Part shown: in pieces, positions 1 to 14,484 of the stretch
How positions within the stretch are numbered: the stretch's first letter is position 1
Layout: every line of letters begins with the position of its first letter
The notes under the pieces: model-generated
The model's database searches: none
The model's input: the letters and a program-made list of their open reading frames with translations, nothing else
What the model was told of the DNA's origin: nothing
Program-made: the position numbers and the translations under genes
From: Eledone cirrhosa
Taxonomy: Eukaryota
NCBI GenBank assembly: GCA_964016885.1
Contig: CAXHJY010001184.1
Span: 32,147 to 96,146 of the forward strand
DNA length: 64,000 bases
Direction of reading: 5' to 3'

Positions 1-150
1 ATCGTATTACTGTTGAAAATATGTAGTACAGTACTATTGTTGAAAATATATAGTATAGTATCGTATTACTGTTGAAAATATGTAGTACAGTATCGTATTA
101 CTGTTGAAAATATGTAGTACAGTACTATTGTTGAAAATATATAGTATAGT
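1..150. repeat. Short tandem repeat (~27-32 bp units)
   Basis: Five copies of a tgttgaaaatat core in units such as atcgtattactgttgaaaatatgtagtacagt. Confidence 0.8.
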
Positions 151-336
151 ATTTATGTACACGAATATATAATTATATATATATACAATTAATTAAAAGT
201 TGGTTAGAAGCGAAGTCAATGCAGACAGACAGGCAGGCAGGCAGACATACATACAGATATTAGAAGTGCACGACGTTATAGCTATGTATCTATCTAAAAA
301 GACAGTAAGAAAGAGAGAGGAATGTTGTGTTATATA

Positions 337-847
337 TGTAGCGACGCTGGTTAGTCAGTCTAGTCACTACTTCTGATTAGATCCGATAATAGCTCTTAGA
401 AGGACTGTTATTGCATACGGTCTGATCAGATCTGAAGATAGCCCTTAAAAGGACTGTTGCCGCATATAGCCCTTAAAAGAACTGTTGAGGATGGACAGAC
501 GAAAGCACAAGTTGAAAGGACGAAGCAAGGCGAGATGTAAATTCGATCAGCTATTTATTTTCACATGAAGCGACGATACGGGGTACAAGGTGTGTGAGTG
601 ACAAAGCGTGGTAGAGTAAAGGAACAACGATGCGCGAGCTGACTCTGCCAAAAGTCGACTGGCGAAAGTGTTTGGAACCACTCTATTTATACAGGAACAA
701 TCCTTTGTTGTTTAGTCGATGTGTAGGCGTTTATTCTGGTAGGTTCTTATTCTGGTAGGTTCTAAGGGTTCTTTTGTTTCACGTTGAAGTAGCTAACAGG
801 TAGATGGCGCTGTATATTTCACAGCTGTTATTTCCGGTGGCTGTACA
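337..847 (-). mobile_element. Probable solo LTR inserted in a TA run
   Basis: Starts TGTA, ends TACA, flanked by TATATA on both sides; minus strand has TATAAATAG (~682-690) followed by AATAAA (~554-559); internal short direct repeats. Confidence 0.5.
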
Positions 848-1241
848 TATATATTATATATAATAAAGTACCAGTAATGTAGTTAGCTTTATTAATATAG
901 ATAGAGATTGACAGTATACACAGAAATTTAATCCATGATACATTTAAAAAAAAAGACGATATTCTATATGAACTGCAAAATATATGAATGTTTATTTAAG
1001 TAATCGCTAACCGGAAGTGCTGACATTTGAACATTTTAAAGAAGTGAATCTTTAAATAAATAATAAGATATCTTTAATCAATAATAACGAAATTTAGTAG
1101 ACAAAAATACCCTCACTTTCTTTCTTGGAAAAAGTTACATCTATGGTGCAAATTTGGTGCTGTTTGGTCCAGCTGTTTTGCCAAAAGTTTGTCACATACA
1201 TACGGCCGTCAGCTTTATTAATATAGATTAAGCAGTTAGTG

Positions 1242-1414
1242 CAGAGCCATATTAACCCATGACTGGGCTTCTAGGCTTTCAGATATTTCAGCACATCCCC
1301 TTCCCTGGCACATTAATCATTAACTTCACTACAACAACAAAAATTCACAGGCCCCTAGTCCCTGAGGGACCCCAAAGCTACAGTTTAGTCACCGTTATGA
1401 ATAATATGGCCCTA
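1242..1414. mobile_element. hAT-like MITE
   Basis: Imperfect TIRs cagagccatatta / taatatggcccta; 8-bp TSD agttagtg / agttagta. Confidence 0.7.
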
Positions 1415-1785
1415 AGTTAGTAAACCAGTTTATAAACCTTTCCTTCCTTTGCTCAAAACATAATCAAATTCCAATATGCATTTTGAATCCTCAATTTCAA
1501 CACAGTAGCACTATGCTAATGTTGAGATACAGGGCTTGATAAAATAAATACTAAACTTGAATAAATAACTACTGGAGTTGATATGATCAACTAAAGTCTC
1601 TTGAAGTACAAAAGCATGGCTACATTCTAATGACTGAAGACCATAAAAAAAAGAAAACAAAACAGAAAAATATAAAAGAATCCATAATTAGAAGAAATAT
1701 ACTAACATATTTATTGTAGTGAGTCAAAAAAAATTATTTCAATTAATTCAGATTATTCCCATAGTAATAAAGACATAATCATTAA

Positions 1786-2006
1786 CCCTTTAGCATTTAA
1801 ACTGGCCATATCCAGCCAGAATTCTCTCACCTCTTTCTGTTCAAACTGGTCCTAATCGGCCGCTCATACTTATATTAAGGTATTGTTCTTAAAATAAATA
1901 ACATCAAAATCTCATAGATTCGATATTATGTGAGATTATTATGCAAGGTAAAGCCTTTACCACAAAAATACAATAGTAAATATAGAGTAATGTAAATGCT
2001 GAAGGG
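1786..2006. mobile_element. piggyBac-like MITE
   Basis: TTAA|ccctttagcattta ... taaatgctgaaggg|TTAA: CCC/GGG termini, TIRs and TTAA TSD. Confidence 0.75.
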
Positions 2007-2840
2007 TTAACCTTAATGTTAGGTTCTGGTTAAAAAATGCAATAGAGATAACTCTGAAATAAAAATAATAAAAAAAAAAGATATAATAAAGAAAAGAATT
2101 AGAGAGTGAGTCTTCATTTGATCAACTACTGGTTTTCTATAAGCTGCAAATTAGCAGGGTAGTTAGAACATTGAATAGAAGTATTTGTTTTGGATCTATG
2201 CTCTCTCAGTTCAAATTCTGCCAAGGTTAACTTTGCCTCTCCTCCCTTTGAAGTCGATAAAAATGTATCAGTCAAGACCTGGAGGCTAATTCTTCCTCCA
2301 TATCTCTTCCTTACATTCTCTCTCTTACTTTCTATCCTTCTTTGGATGAAATCTTCTGTATTCAGACTTGGAGAGGATGTGCTCCAGCAGGCCTGAAAAG
2401 AAAAGGCCCAGAAACACCATATGGCAATACAGTACCCCTATGACTCCCTCAGGAGTTATGGGATTTTACCATACCATAATGTTCTATAGGTCTGCATAAG
2501 TAAATCTAACCAGCACTAGCTCTCCACAGTTTAAACAGTCATATTAAATGTTTTGACATAAAACGTTTTCACTTTATAGCCATAAAGTTTGGAGACTAAA
2601 CCAGCAATAAATCTGTTGTGGTGAGAAAATATTTATTGAGAAGAAATTTTACCAATAAATGTTTTGAATATATGTGAACGTGTGTGTGAGCATGTATGAG
2701 TGCATATGTCTATGTGTGTGCATGAATGCCTGTGTATGTGTACATATGTCTATGCATCTGTGTGTGTATGTGTTCTGAGTTTGGTTATTTATTTAATCAT
2801 TCCATATAGACATTTCCTAAGTTTAATCTTCAATATAGAC

Positions 2841-2921
<81 letters not shown>

Positions 2922-3939
2922 TACATGTGTGTGTGTGTGTGTGTGTGTGTGCATATATATATATATACATACATACATGTGTGTGTGTATACATACATAA
3001 ATACATATATGCATGCGTGCGTGCGTGCGTGCATGTGTGTACATATATGCACACGCATACATATTCCTCTATTCCTTTACTTTCTTCTGCCCACACAGCC
3101 AAACATGGCTGCAATGTCCAATGTCTCTGTGACTGTCTCTACAGTTCACTATTCTCTAGTCCTCTCTATATTGACTTTAGTTGCTCTCCATTGATGTTAA
3201 AGTAAATATCTGCCTTTGTAAAAACAATATTTTTTCAGGATGTTCAACGAAAATATCAATTGACCAGATGCCATGCAACTGTTCCTGGAATCACACAAAG
3301 GATGGAATTTGGCTCATATAATCAATTAAAATAATTTCCTTTAACATACAATGGATTATTGTGTGTGTGGTTGCTTATAGACGTTTCCTGTAGAAGTACT
3401 GATGAAAAAGTTTTGAAATACTGAACATGGTTGTTGTTGTTGCTGTTCTTGATGTTGTTACAAGATGGTATATTAAATTTGTATTGTGTGTACCTGTAAC
3501 TCCTGATGGATTCAGGTGTTATAAGGGCACTGATTGATATATGGCATATATTGAACATTTATTTACTGAACCTGGCAGAGTCCATACTTGTCTAGGACTG
3601 AACACAGTCAATTATTTACAGAGAGAGAGACAGAGAGAGATAGGGGGAGGGGAGAGAGGGGGAGAGAGAGAGGGAGAGAGAGGGAGGGAAAGGAAGAGGG
3701 GGAGGGAGGAAGTGAGAAAGAGATATAGATAATCGACTGCAGTACTGGTCTAGCACTGTATTATCACCTTCAAAAAGATGAAAGGCAATGTTGACGATGG
3801 CAAGGTTTGAACTCATATGGCAGAAAGCTGGAACAAATACCATAAAACTATCCAATGTTCTAATGTCTCTACCAATATACTGAAAAATATGTGAATAGAG
3901 AGTGTTGGAGAAATGGACCCTATTTGTGAGTAACTAGAG

Positions 3940-4262
3940 GTAAATATCCTTCACCCTTGAATGACCATGGGATTTCAACTTAGAAAGTTCCTACAAAGAC
4001 ACAGTTAGGGCAAGGTTCTTTGTGGAAGACCAGCAATTGCCCATGCATACTGCTCTCCCCCTTTCCATGCCACTGATGTTGTCTAAGGGAAAGGCAATGG
4101 CTGATATTGCTTGGCACCAATGACGTCGCAACTTATTTTTACAGCAGAGTAAACTGAAGCAAGATGAAATAGTGTCTTGCACAAGGCCATAACACACCAC
4201 CCAATCAGGGAATCGAACTCATAACCTGATCATTGTAAGCCTTATGTTCTAACAACTAAATT
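3940..4262 (-). mobile_element. Old tRNA-derived SINE (related decayed copies at ~7800-7915, 26865-27060, 42100-42410)
   Basis: B-box-like head (gagttcgattccc on minus) followed by the gtgtcttgc(t/a)caagga-type body shared with the younger SINE at 63197-63530. Confidence 0.55.
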
Positions 4263-6702
4263 CATATAAGAAACTATTTTATATTTATTCACTCATCATT
4301 AGCATAAACCAAAACAAATACTACAAGACATTTTGTCTGATGCTCTAGTTGAGTCTGTTTATCCTAGCTTAAAATCACCTCCAGCATTTGATTGGATGAA
4401 AGGATGAAAGGCTGGGTGGACTTTGATGGGATTTGAAACAAGAGTGCAGATAGATCAAGACATGACTTTTAAATAAATGTAAAATATGATAGCAAAAGGA
4501 AGGATGAACTCCTGAAATTTGAAGCTAGAGAGAGAGAAAGGGATGAATTTTAACCCTTTCTAATGAAAAACATTAACTATGATTTTTAAATAATTTTGAA
4601 AATAATCAAGAATTTGGAAAGATTTAATAATTGTTTCTGATTTAGGCACATGGCTAACAATTCTGGAGGGTGGAAAAAGTTGAGTAAATCAACACCAGTG
4701 TGTTACTGGTACTTTATTTTATCAACCCCATAAGGTTGAAAGACAAAACTAACCTCAGCAGGATTTGAACTTGGAGTCCATAACTATATGCCACTAACAA
4801 TACTGTCAATACAACACCTTAATAATATAGATAACTTTCCCATTGTTAAGCAGGTGATGGGAACACAACTTAAGTGAGTATCTTACATAAAATTATGATG
4901 AAAGGTTTTTATATAAATATGAATACATAGAAATAAGCAGTTTTGTATTGTAGTACCACATCTGGTGTCTAGCAGTTTGGTATCAAAAAGATTTGATTAT
5001 CATATTTCTAATGAAAGACATTGCCTATAATTTAAAAAATAATCAAGAATTTGGAAAGATTTCATAATATAATTAAAGATCTCATTATTTATCAAGTGTT
5101 TAAAGCATAACATGAACAAAAATTCTTTACATAAAATTATGATGGAAGTATTTAGTCATTTCATAACTGAATTTCTAATGAAATATACTCCATTTCAATT
5201 AATTAATGAGGTATTTACAAAAATTATTAATTATTTAATTACTTGGATAGTAACTTAATGTAAGTTTCTTATATAAAATTATGTTGGAAGATATATTAAT
5301 TTAAGTTAGAAACCTTTAAAATGGGTGATCGTGTTTTATAGTACCAGAGCTAGTTTTGGCCGGGTTGGTAACTAAAGGGTTAAATAAAATGTAAATATTT
5401 TAAAATAATCAGTTTTTTTTTTATCATACAACCAGCCAGGTCTGGTTTGGTATCAAAAGGGTTCTTCTTAGTTTCATAACTCCAGAGGGCGTTGTAAGGG
5501 TACCATATTGACATGCAGCATTTCTAGGGCATTTTTTAAACCTGGTAGAGCCCATCTCCTCTCCAAATCTAAATACAGCAGATTTCTTCTGGAAAAGGAT
5601 AGAGATTGAGAGAATGGAAATGAGAAAGAGATATAGAGAAAGAATTGACACCCAGTACTAAACTGGTACTTTTTTTAATTGACCTTAAAAGGATGAAAGG
5701 CAAAGTTGACCTCAGAGGGTTTTGAACTCACAGAGCACTGAGCCGAAACGAATACCATAAAGTATTCTACCCGATGTTCTAATGACTGCCAATTTACCAC
5801 TTTAGATACAAATAAAATAAGATGGCAGCACCACAATGTAAATTTCAGCTGGAAATTCTAAGTGATTTGAATGAACCAGTACGATCAAAGCAATATTTAT
5901 AATATATTGAATTAACACACATAATAGCTTAGACAACATAACTGGTTTGCTAATTAATAAATCTAACTCTGTTGAAATAATTTAGCTATGTATATAATAT
6001 ATATACATATAGATTTGAGCAGATGCAGTTTATATTGAAGAGTTAATTAATTATAAATTCTGAAATGTGAAGTGCCAATAGTGACGATTCCCATTTCCAG
6101 GTGATAATAGGCAGTTTGATGATGCATTGCATAGGGAAGGGTGGGTGGGTTGGGGGAGAGAGAGGAGGAGAGAGAGAGTTAAGAGGAAAACAGATAGATT
6201 GGGGAGAAAAGGAGAGGGGGAGGCTGAGAGAGAAAGAGTCATTGTATACATAGTTGTATATGTATGATATATATATACTACATATGTATCATGCATACAT
6301 ACATAACTACACATGCAATAATTGCATTAAATAATTATCATATATATCTAAACACATACCAGCCTACATATATCTTCCAAAGCCCAATTAACTTGAAGGC
6401 CCCTGCAAATGGATTTTGTTGATTTCGGATTTACAGAAACCTAGTAGAGATGTTATATAATTTTGTGTAATATGTCCACGATGGTCCAGGTAACAGTCAA
6501 ACTTTTCCCTGAGTCGGTTTTTTAGTTGTTCTGGTCCTAGCGGCTCGCTTTTCGGTCACTGGCTTCAAATTTGCATAGCTGTCTAAACGTAATGTTATAA
6601 CTCTAAGGTACAATTCCTTATTGAGTGCTTTTGGCTGCACTTCCCGACAGCATTCGTTAGCTTGCTCGCAACCAGAGCTTCGATTAAGCTGTACTACCTT
6701 CC

Positions 6703-6734
<32 letters not shown>

Positions 6735-7191
6735 TATACATACAAACACACAGACACACATATACATACAAACACACACACATACCCACACATATACACA
6801 CACTCATACACATATATCATATAACAGTCGGTGTAACTGATTGTTTTTTGTTGTTATTTTGTGTTTATTAAATTCTATAATATTAACGACACTGTTAATC
6901 CTTATTAATATTGGAATGAATGTTTAAAGCTAGGTACAGACTATCTAAGATCCCAGACCTTACCCTCTTACCAAGTGGGGAGGAATTAATCAACTCAGAC
7001 CACTGCTGTGAATGTTGGGAAGAATGTTTAAAGATAGGTAGAGATTATCTAAGATGGCTATAGTAGCCACCATATATTATTGTAAAACTTAGAGGTTGGA
7101 AATTAACAATGAATACTTGCTGTACCACAATAAATATATCAAAACAAAAAGTATTTTCATAAACATAATGAATTCTATTATACTTCCTACA

Positions 7192-7234
<43 letters not shown>

Positions 7235-7323
7235 TATATATATATAAAAAATAAAATAAGAATTTTATTTCTCGCTCTAGCATAGCTGATACATAAATGT
7301 AAGTATGCATACATACACACACG

Positions 7324-7357
<34 letters not shown>

Positions 7358-10300
7358 CATATACATATGTATGTATACATATGTACGTATGGGTTATATC
7401 AAACATTAATAATAATGTTTGATTTGTTTGTAAACAAACGAGCCTAAAGTATATATATGTATGTATACATAGTTTAGGGATTGTAACATCAAGTTACATA
7501 TCTTTTAATGTTGTACAGGAATCATTCTGTCATTAAGCTAACAGAAGTCTGATGAGCTTTTTATTCCAGAGTCGGGACCTGATCTACAGAGATCAGACCT
7601 TGAACTAATCAATCATGAAACGCACATCATACTTGATTAAACTTACTGAAATCATAGGAAAAGAGTCTAAATGTTTCGAACACAAGTCCTTCGTCAGAAG
7701 ATAGAATGAGAAATAAAAGATTAAATAGAAAGATAGAGAGTGTGAAGAGGAAGAAACAGTAGAGTATACTTGTTAGTGGCCATCAGACATAGTGTTCCTT
7801 AGAGCAATGTGAAATGAAGAGTTTTGCTCAAGAACACAACACACAACCCAGGCCAAAAATTGAACCCACAACATTATGATTGTAAGTCCAACACCCTTAC
7901 CACAAGGCCACATGCCTGCCCCGAGGAAGTATCCCTAACAGAAACCAACAAGACATTAATATATGCCTGAATATAATTTTCCAAATAGTTAAAGTAATTA
8001 GATTCCATTCCATTAATAAATGATGAACTTAATTAGCAAACCTGTCATCATTGCTAACAGCATTCAGACCTTGGTCTGATATATGTGTATGGCGTGAGCG
8101 TGTGTGTTTGTGATGTACGTATGTATGTGTGTATGTGTTAGTGTGTGTGTATGTGTGTGTGCATGTGTGTGTGCCCAAATAAGTAAACTATTCTCTTTGA
8201 CTCATCTATCTGCACAATAACACTATTTCATATTTATTGAAACTGGCTGGCTCTTTTCCTCTCTGTTTAACTAATTGACCAATAAGTTGAAAGAGAAACT
8301 TTAGTTAATGAACACACCCAGTTCTTCCTCTCCTAAATGTTAACCTTTCTTGAATCCCACCACCATGATTACCACTACCACTAAAGATATTCCAATAGAC
8401 ATCAGTATATAAGAAATATCAACTATATCGATTTAACTGATTCCAGAGGGCTCTGCAAAGGCCATTGACACAGCCATTTCCTTACAGAGCAAATAATTTT
8501 TAAACGATAAAAGGCACCCCAAATAGTTTTAGAAATGTAAATGCTTTCAAAATTTGAAAAAATATTTAGATACTTCTTTTAACATCCAATATGGCCAAAG
8601 ATAGGCAGTGGTGGAGGTGAACCAGGGAGGGGTTCCCCCAACAGGAGTGAAAAAGCTTTGGAATTTGGATTCTGTAATGTTATAGCAGATAATATCTAAA
8701 AAGAGATTTATTAATTCAAATGTTTGTAGTATTTTTCTTGGACAGTATTTTGGATAATTTGCTGTAAACTGAAGTAAAGGTATTAATTTTTTTAATAGGA
8801 TGCAGCCATGGTGTTATTTGTATTTTCAATAAAAAATAATCGATATCCCATTTCAATAACCAATAGTTTTCATTCTTTAGTTCCAAATCTATGGGTGACC
8901 TGCTATATTATGTCATAAATCAATGGTTTCTCACTCTTGAGAACTTTGGGGTCAGCTATGCTGTTTGTCACCCTTAACATAACCAACATCTTCCTTTGCT
9001 GCATTTGGGTCCTCTCTCTCATACTTTTGATAGGAATGCCCTGGCAGATGTATCATGAACATGGGGGAGAGGGGGTAAGCTTGCATGGGGCTCCTAGCTG
9101 AAAATGTCATTAGTGCCTCCTGTGTATATTTTATGGTAGGATTGTGTTGGAGCTTCTAGTTGATAATTTCATTGGTGCGTCTTGTGTATATTTTATGGTA
9201 GCAAAATAATTGTAGGGTCCAATAATCCCTGAGGGAGTTGTAGGGTGCCATATTAACATACAACATTTCTAGGGAATTATTCTAAACCTGGCAGAGCCTA
9301 TCTCCTCTCCAGGGACCAATAAAATATTGTGGGGGTCCTCTAGGTACAGACTAGTCTGCAACATTTTGTTGAGCATGGCACCATGCATGTGTGCAGTCAT
9401 GCACCAGTGCAGTTTATAGAGAATGTTGATTGAGAAGATTGAAATCACGATGTTCTGAAATAAAATGTTTGAATATAAATATCTCTGCCGTTTTAGAATG
9501 TAAATTTATGTGAAATTGAAATTATTTAAAGAAAATATTTAACTTGTCTCCTCTTAACTTTTTATGTTCTCTGCTCTGTCAAGTAAATAATAATAATAAA
9601 ACATTTAGAAACAACTAAATTATATTATAATATTTGGTTTCCTGTTCATTTGAATCTGTTGTTATTTTGTTATCATTTATTTTAATTTTATTTCTTATCA
9701 TTTTATTTTCCTCATCTCCATCATATTTTAATTTTCTAATCTGATACTACAATTATTGAATAAACAATTATTGAAAGAATAATAATTAGAACTGAAAATA
9801 AAAATAAGTCTAATAATAAAAAAAAATACTCCAAGCAACTTTCCTTTCCTTCTCTAAATTATCTGAACAAGGTTAAAGAACATCATTTTAATATACCTTC
9901 GAATATAAACACACCTGACCTTTACACAACAGTGTTAACCCTATCTCATTATCCCAATAGACAGTGTCACTTCCGTCTTTCTTGATGAAAATCGAATAAT
10001 ATACAAATAAGGAAAATTTTCAATAACAGCTGGTGTAATCCAAACATATAAGCGTAGATAGTTTCTGTTCTGATTTACAAATTCTTCTCTTTAGTTATAT
10101 CTACGACTGCCTCAGTGCTATTGGCCAATTCCACTTTTTTTGTTAGATATTTCTTAAACCTGGGTGCACATTATAAAGTTTGGGAAATAAGGACAGAATT
10201 TAAAGCTGGGGTTTTATCATTATCTTCATCACCGTTTACCATCCATTTTCCCATGCTAGTATGGGTTAAACGAGTTGCCCCATTTGAAAGAAGTAAGGTC

Positions 10301-11972
10301 AAGTAACCATGACTATCTCAAACTTAACTGTTTCTGGCTTGGTTTCTAACACCAACCATAATGTCAATATGGACCAAATTCAAAGCTGGGAAATATGGAT
10401 AGAATTTAAAGCTGGGGTAACATGGAGAGAATTTATAGTGGGAGAAATATGGAGAGAATTTATAGTGGGAGGAATAAGGACAGAATTTAAAACTGAGGGA
10501 ATATAGACAGAATTCATAAATGGAGAATATAGACAGAGTTCATAAATGGAGAATATAGACAGAATTTTAAAATGGAAATACTAAAGCCGAATTAGTTATG
10601 GAATTTAAATGTTCAACTTTTATCTATTGCTAATTAACACTCCACTCTCACTTTGTTCCTTGAGTGCTTTTAGCAGTGTTCCTGCTGTTTCAGGTATTCA
10701 ACTCACTTCTTTGGTTTGAAAATAACTTCCTCCTTTCCTTCAATCAGTCTCTAAAGCTTTTAAAAAATAAAGGGTTATATGAAAATTGACCTTCTCTTCC
10801 TGACTATGGGGTAGAAAAAAAAAAAATGTAATATAATATTTCTAAATATCATACAAACTTACAAAAGGTGATGCCACAGGAGGGGGAGAATATCATCATG
10901 GAACCAGCTCTACCACTTTACAGAGTGTGTACTGGGAGTATATTATCATGACTGACACTAACACTGTACAGGGTGGGCTGGTTGATTTTTACCATGACAC
11001 CAGTACTACTACCTTACAATGCAAACTGGGTGTTTTTTATGATGGAACCAGCACTACCACTTTACAGAGTGGAACTGGGTGCAATGTTATTGAAGCACCA
11101 GCACTGAGGAGGGGGAATTGATGAGAGTGGGGTGAGATAAGGTCATACTACCATGAGAGAGGAAATGCCATGTCATGGAGGTGGTCTTGAAGCAAATCAG
11201 TTGTGTCTAGCAGTATATTGTGAGATGTGTCTGGCTTTCAACACTGGCATGGGTTGGACAAGGAAGGTAAATTGGAAATATGGGAGGTTGGGAAGTAGAA
11301 GAATGATGTGGATGGAATATATATGTATATATATATATCATCACGATTTTACATCCGTTCTTCCACGCTAGCATGGGTTAGATGGGTTGTCCTGTTATAT
11401 ATATATAGTAAAGATATGACTGTGTTCATGTTCATTATTTTTCTAAAGAATATGAAATCATAGTAGAAAATACAGTTGACTGAGAAAGTCCATTAAGTTT
11501 AGTCCATTAATGCTTGAAAAAAAAGCTGATCTCTAAACAGACATGCAATTGAATTTCTCTCTCTAGCTGTTACACACACATACACACACCATGCATGCAC
11601 ACACATTATATATATATATATATATACATTATATATATATATATATTATATAAAGAGAGAGAGAGAGAGAATTGAAATAGAAACTTCACTGTAATATATT
11701 TTACTATAATATCGCCTAATAATGGGGTATATAAACCCACTGAAAGGAAAAAGATGAGTATCAGTACACATGGGAGAAGCTTCTATTTTTATTCCAATTC
11801 TAAATTTCACTCACTGTGTTCCAAACATACTTCCATATAGAAAGGGTGTGGACGATATTTGTTGTCAATTTTCAACTGCTAATTTTATGCAAATTTTTTT
11901 TACTTCCGTTGTCACTCGTCTTCATAAAAACAGTGACTATATTTCCATTATTTATTTTCAGAAGAATTGATT

Positions 11973-13000
11973 ATGAATAATTTTGAACCTAAAAATTTGT
12001 GGAAGAGACACGGAGTTCTTCTTGGAATCCGCACCGGGAGGACAAATAAGGAAATTTCAGACTTTCTCAGTGTCAGCAGGAGAATGGTGGAAAAGGTCAG
12101 AAAGGAATTGGAAGATTCAGGATTCGACTACGAAGCAATATCAGAGAGGAAAACACATGATCGACGATCTGACGCCTTCAGAACGCCCTGAGTTCGTCAC
12201 TGAAGTTCAGGGTATCATCAACAATGAACCTAGCAAGACGATGCGTGCCATTGCAAGGGAGAAAGGCGTGGATGAAAAGCTCATTAGGCTGGTGGTACAT
12301 GAAGACATTCGCTGCGTTTCATACAAGATGAGGAAAGGACAATTTCTGTCAAAGGCGATGCAAGTAAAGCGACTGAAGCATGCAAAGAAGCTGATCAACA
12401 AGTTGAAACACCCACTGGAACCAGACATGCTGTGGTTTTTCTCCAACGAGAAAAACTTCTGCCAAGACCAGAAGATCAACTCCCAGAACAACAGGTGGCT
12501 CACCGTCTCATCCAAAGACGTGCCCAGTGTCATGCAGACAAAGTTTCCAGCGACAACATTGGTCTTAGGTGTCGTCAGCAGTCAAGGTGACGTCATGCCT
12601 CAAGCTGAACACCGATGGCTACATCCGTGTTCTGAGCGAGGTAGTGAAGCCCTGGATCGACCAGGTAGCTGCAGGTAGGCCATACGTGTGGCAGCAAGAC
12701 TCAGCGCCCTGCCATACCAGCTGAAAGCCCCAAGCCTGGCTGTCAGAGAACTTCGTCGACCACACTTCACCTGACATCTGGCCTCCCAGCTCGCCTGACT
12801 GCAACCCCCTCGACTTCTTTGTGTGGGGCGCAGTGGAACAAGATACGAACAGATCTAGCTGCAATACGAAAGACGATCTGAAGGCCAGTATAACAAGTGC
12901 CTTTAAGGGCCTAAGTCGGGGCACAGTGACAAAGGCCTGTAGCTGGTTCCGAGGCCGCCTTGAGGCTATCATCAAAGCCAATGGTCGGTTTATCGAGTGA
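11973..13000 (+). pseudogene. Tc1/mariner-superfamily DD37D (maT-type) transposase, decayed
   Basis: HTH-like N-terminus, WFFSNEK (first D mutated to N), WQQDSAPCH and WPPSSPDCNPLD with 37 residues between the last two Asp; frameshift ~12185, deletion/frameshift ~12600, in-frame stop ~12722. TIRs not identified. Confidence 0.9.
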
Positions 13001-13375
13001 GATCGAAAAGACAAGTCATGAAGACAAACTGACCCAAGTTTGATAAATATATCTTAAAAAAGTGTGTATATATATAGATATACACACATAAAAAACCCAT
13101 GCAAACGTAGTAAAATGGATTTTAAATGATGATTATGATGATGATGACGATATATATATATATATATATGCCCCAGCATGGCCTCAGCCGGATGGCTGGA
13201 ACAGGTAAAAGAGTATATATATATATACATATATATATATCTTTACATATATATATATACAGGGTGCACCCTGTATATATATAAAGATATATATATATAT
13301 AAAGATAGATATATATATATATATGTGTGTGTGTGTATTTACGTATATATATATATGTATTTAAGTATATCATCA

Positions 13376-13584
13376 TTTCATCATCATTTCATTTTACGTC
13401 CGCTTTTCCCTGCTTGCAAGGGTGGGACGGGAACTGATACTGGCTTGATTTCTACAGCTGGATGCCCTTCCTAACACCAACCTCATTTACAGTGAGTGCT
13501 GGGTGCTTTTTTGCTGTGGCACCTACACGACCACTTTGCAGTGGAATGATAAGGACCTCAGTCTCTATCATCTCATTTCTACAG

Positions 13585-13587
<3 letters not shown>
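13376..13587 (-). mobile_element. 5'-truncated copy of the RTE-tailed SINE
   Basis: Near-identical to the 3' part of 57552-57881 and 63197-63530. Confidence 0.85.
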
Positions 13588-13635
<48 letters not shown>

Positions 13636-13799
13636 TATATATATATATATATATATATATCATAGATTGAGTTAGAAACTCAAAGTAGTCTTTTACAATT
13701 AAATAGCTCAAGGAAGGGAATCTTTCCAAGCCGTGTAATACAATAGAATAAATTAGAGGGATGAACACCGATATATGTGTTCGAATTGCTAATGACTAA

Positions 13800-13845
<46 letters not shown>

Positions 13846-13870
13846 TAAATTTATGTATATATATATATAT

Positions 13871-14484
13871 GGAAAAGAATGAAACGAAATTTCATTTCTC
13901 ACACTTAGTACGGCTGATATTTAAATATAAGTATGTATACGTAGATACATATATGTATACAGACGTACAGTAGTATGTATATATATACATACATGCACAC
14001 ATATATATATGTACGTATGGGTTTTCTGAACATTTATTATAATATTCGGTTTCTTTGTGAGAAATGAAATTTTGTGAGAAATGAAATTTTGTGAGAAATA
14101 AAATTTTGTTTCATTCTTTTCCATTTATCGTTTTCGGTACGCCCGGCTGACTAACTCACTCGATATGCAAATTAGGTTGCTCAGCCGGTAATATGCATAA
14201 GGAAAATATATACTTTCAAACGTTCAATCATCTGGCAGGAAGGTATACAATGCTGACGATAGCTAATAAACTTGAAATTAGTTCATCGTTCCTTTGTCAG
14301 TGTTGAACAAAAGGGCGACGATGGTTGCTGAACACTGTACGGCTTAATTCGGGCTGTTTGTTTACAAACAAACCGAACATTATAATAAATGTTCGGTAAA
14401 CCCATACGTACATATATATATGTGTGAATGTATGTATATATATACATACATGTATACAGACGTACAGTAGTATGTACGTATACG
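13871..14484 (+). mobile_element. Hammerhead-containing ~415-bp repeat family, copy with inverted segments
   Basis: Homologous to 57939-58716; 13871-14050 is an inverted piece of the unit; degenerate hammerhead at 14233-14300. Confidence 0.75.

Noticed and set aside
1-150. CRISPR-like array
   Set aside because: No unique spacers; a plain tandem repeat in eukaryotic DNA.
870-1227. Second Helitron-like element
   Set aside because: Only 5'-end-like motifs (gctttattaatatagat twice); no 3' CTAG terminus found.
3392-3425. CTGATGA...GAAA hammerhead-like string
   Set aside because: No stem III or cleavage triplet; a similar failure at ~56636.
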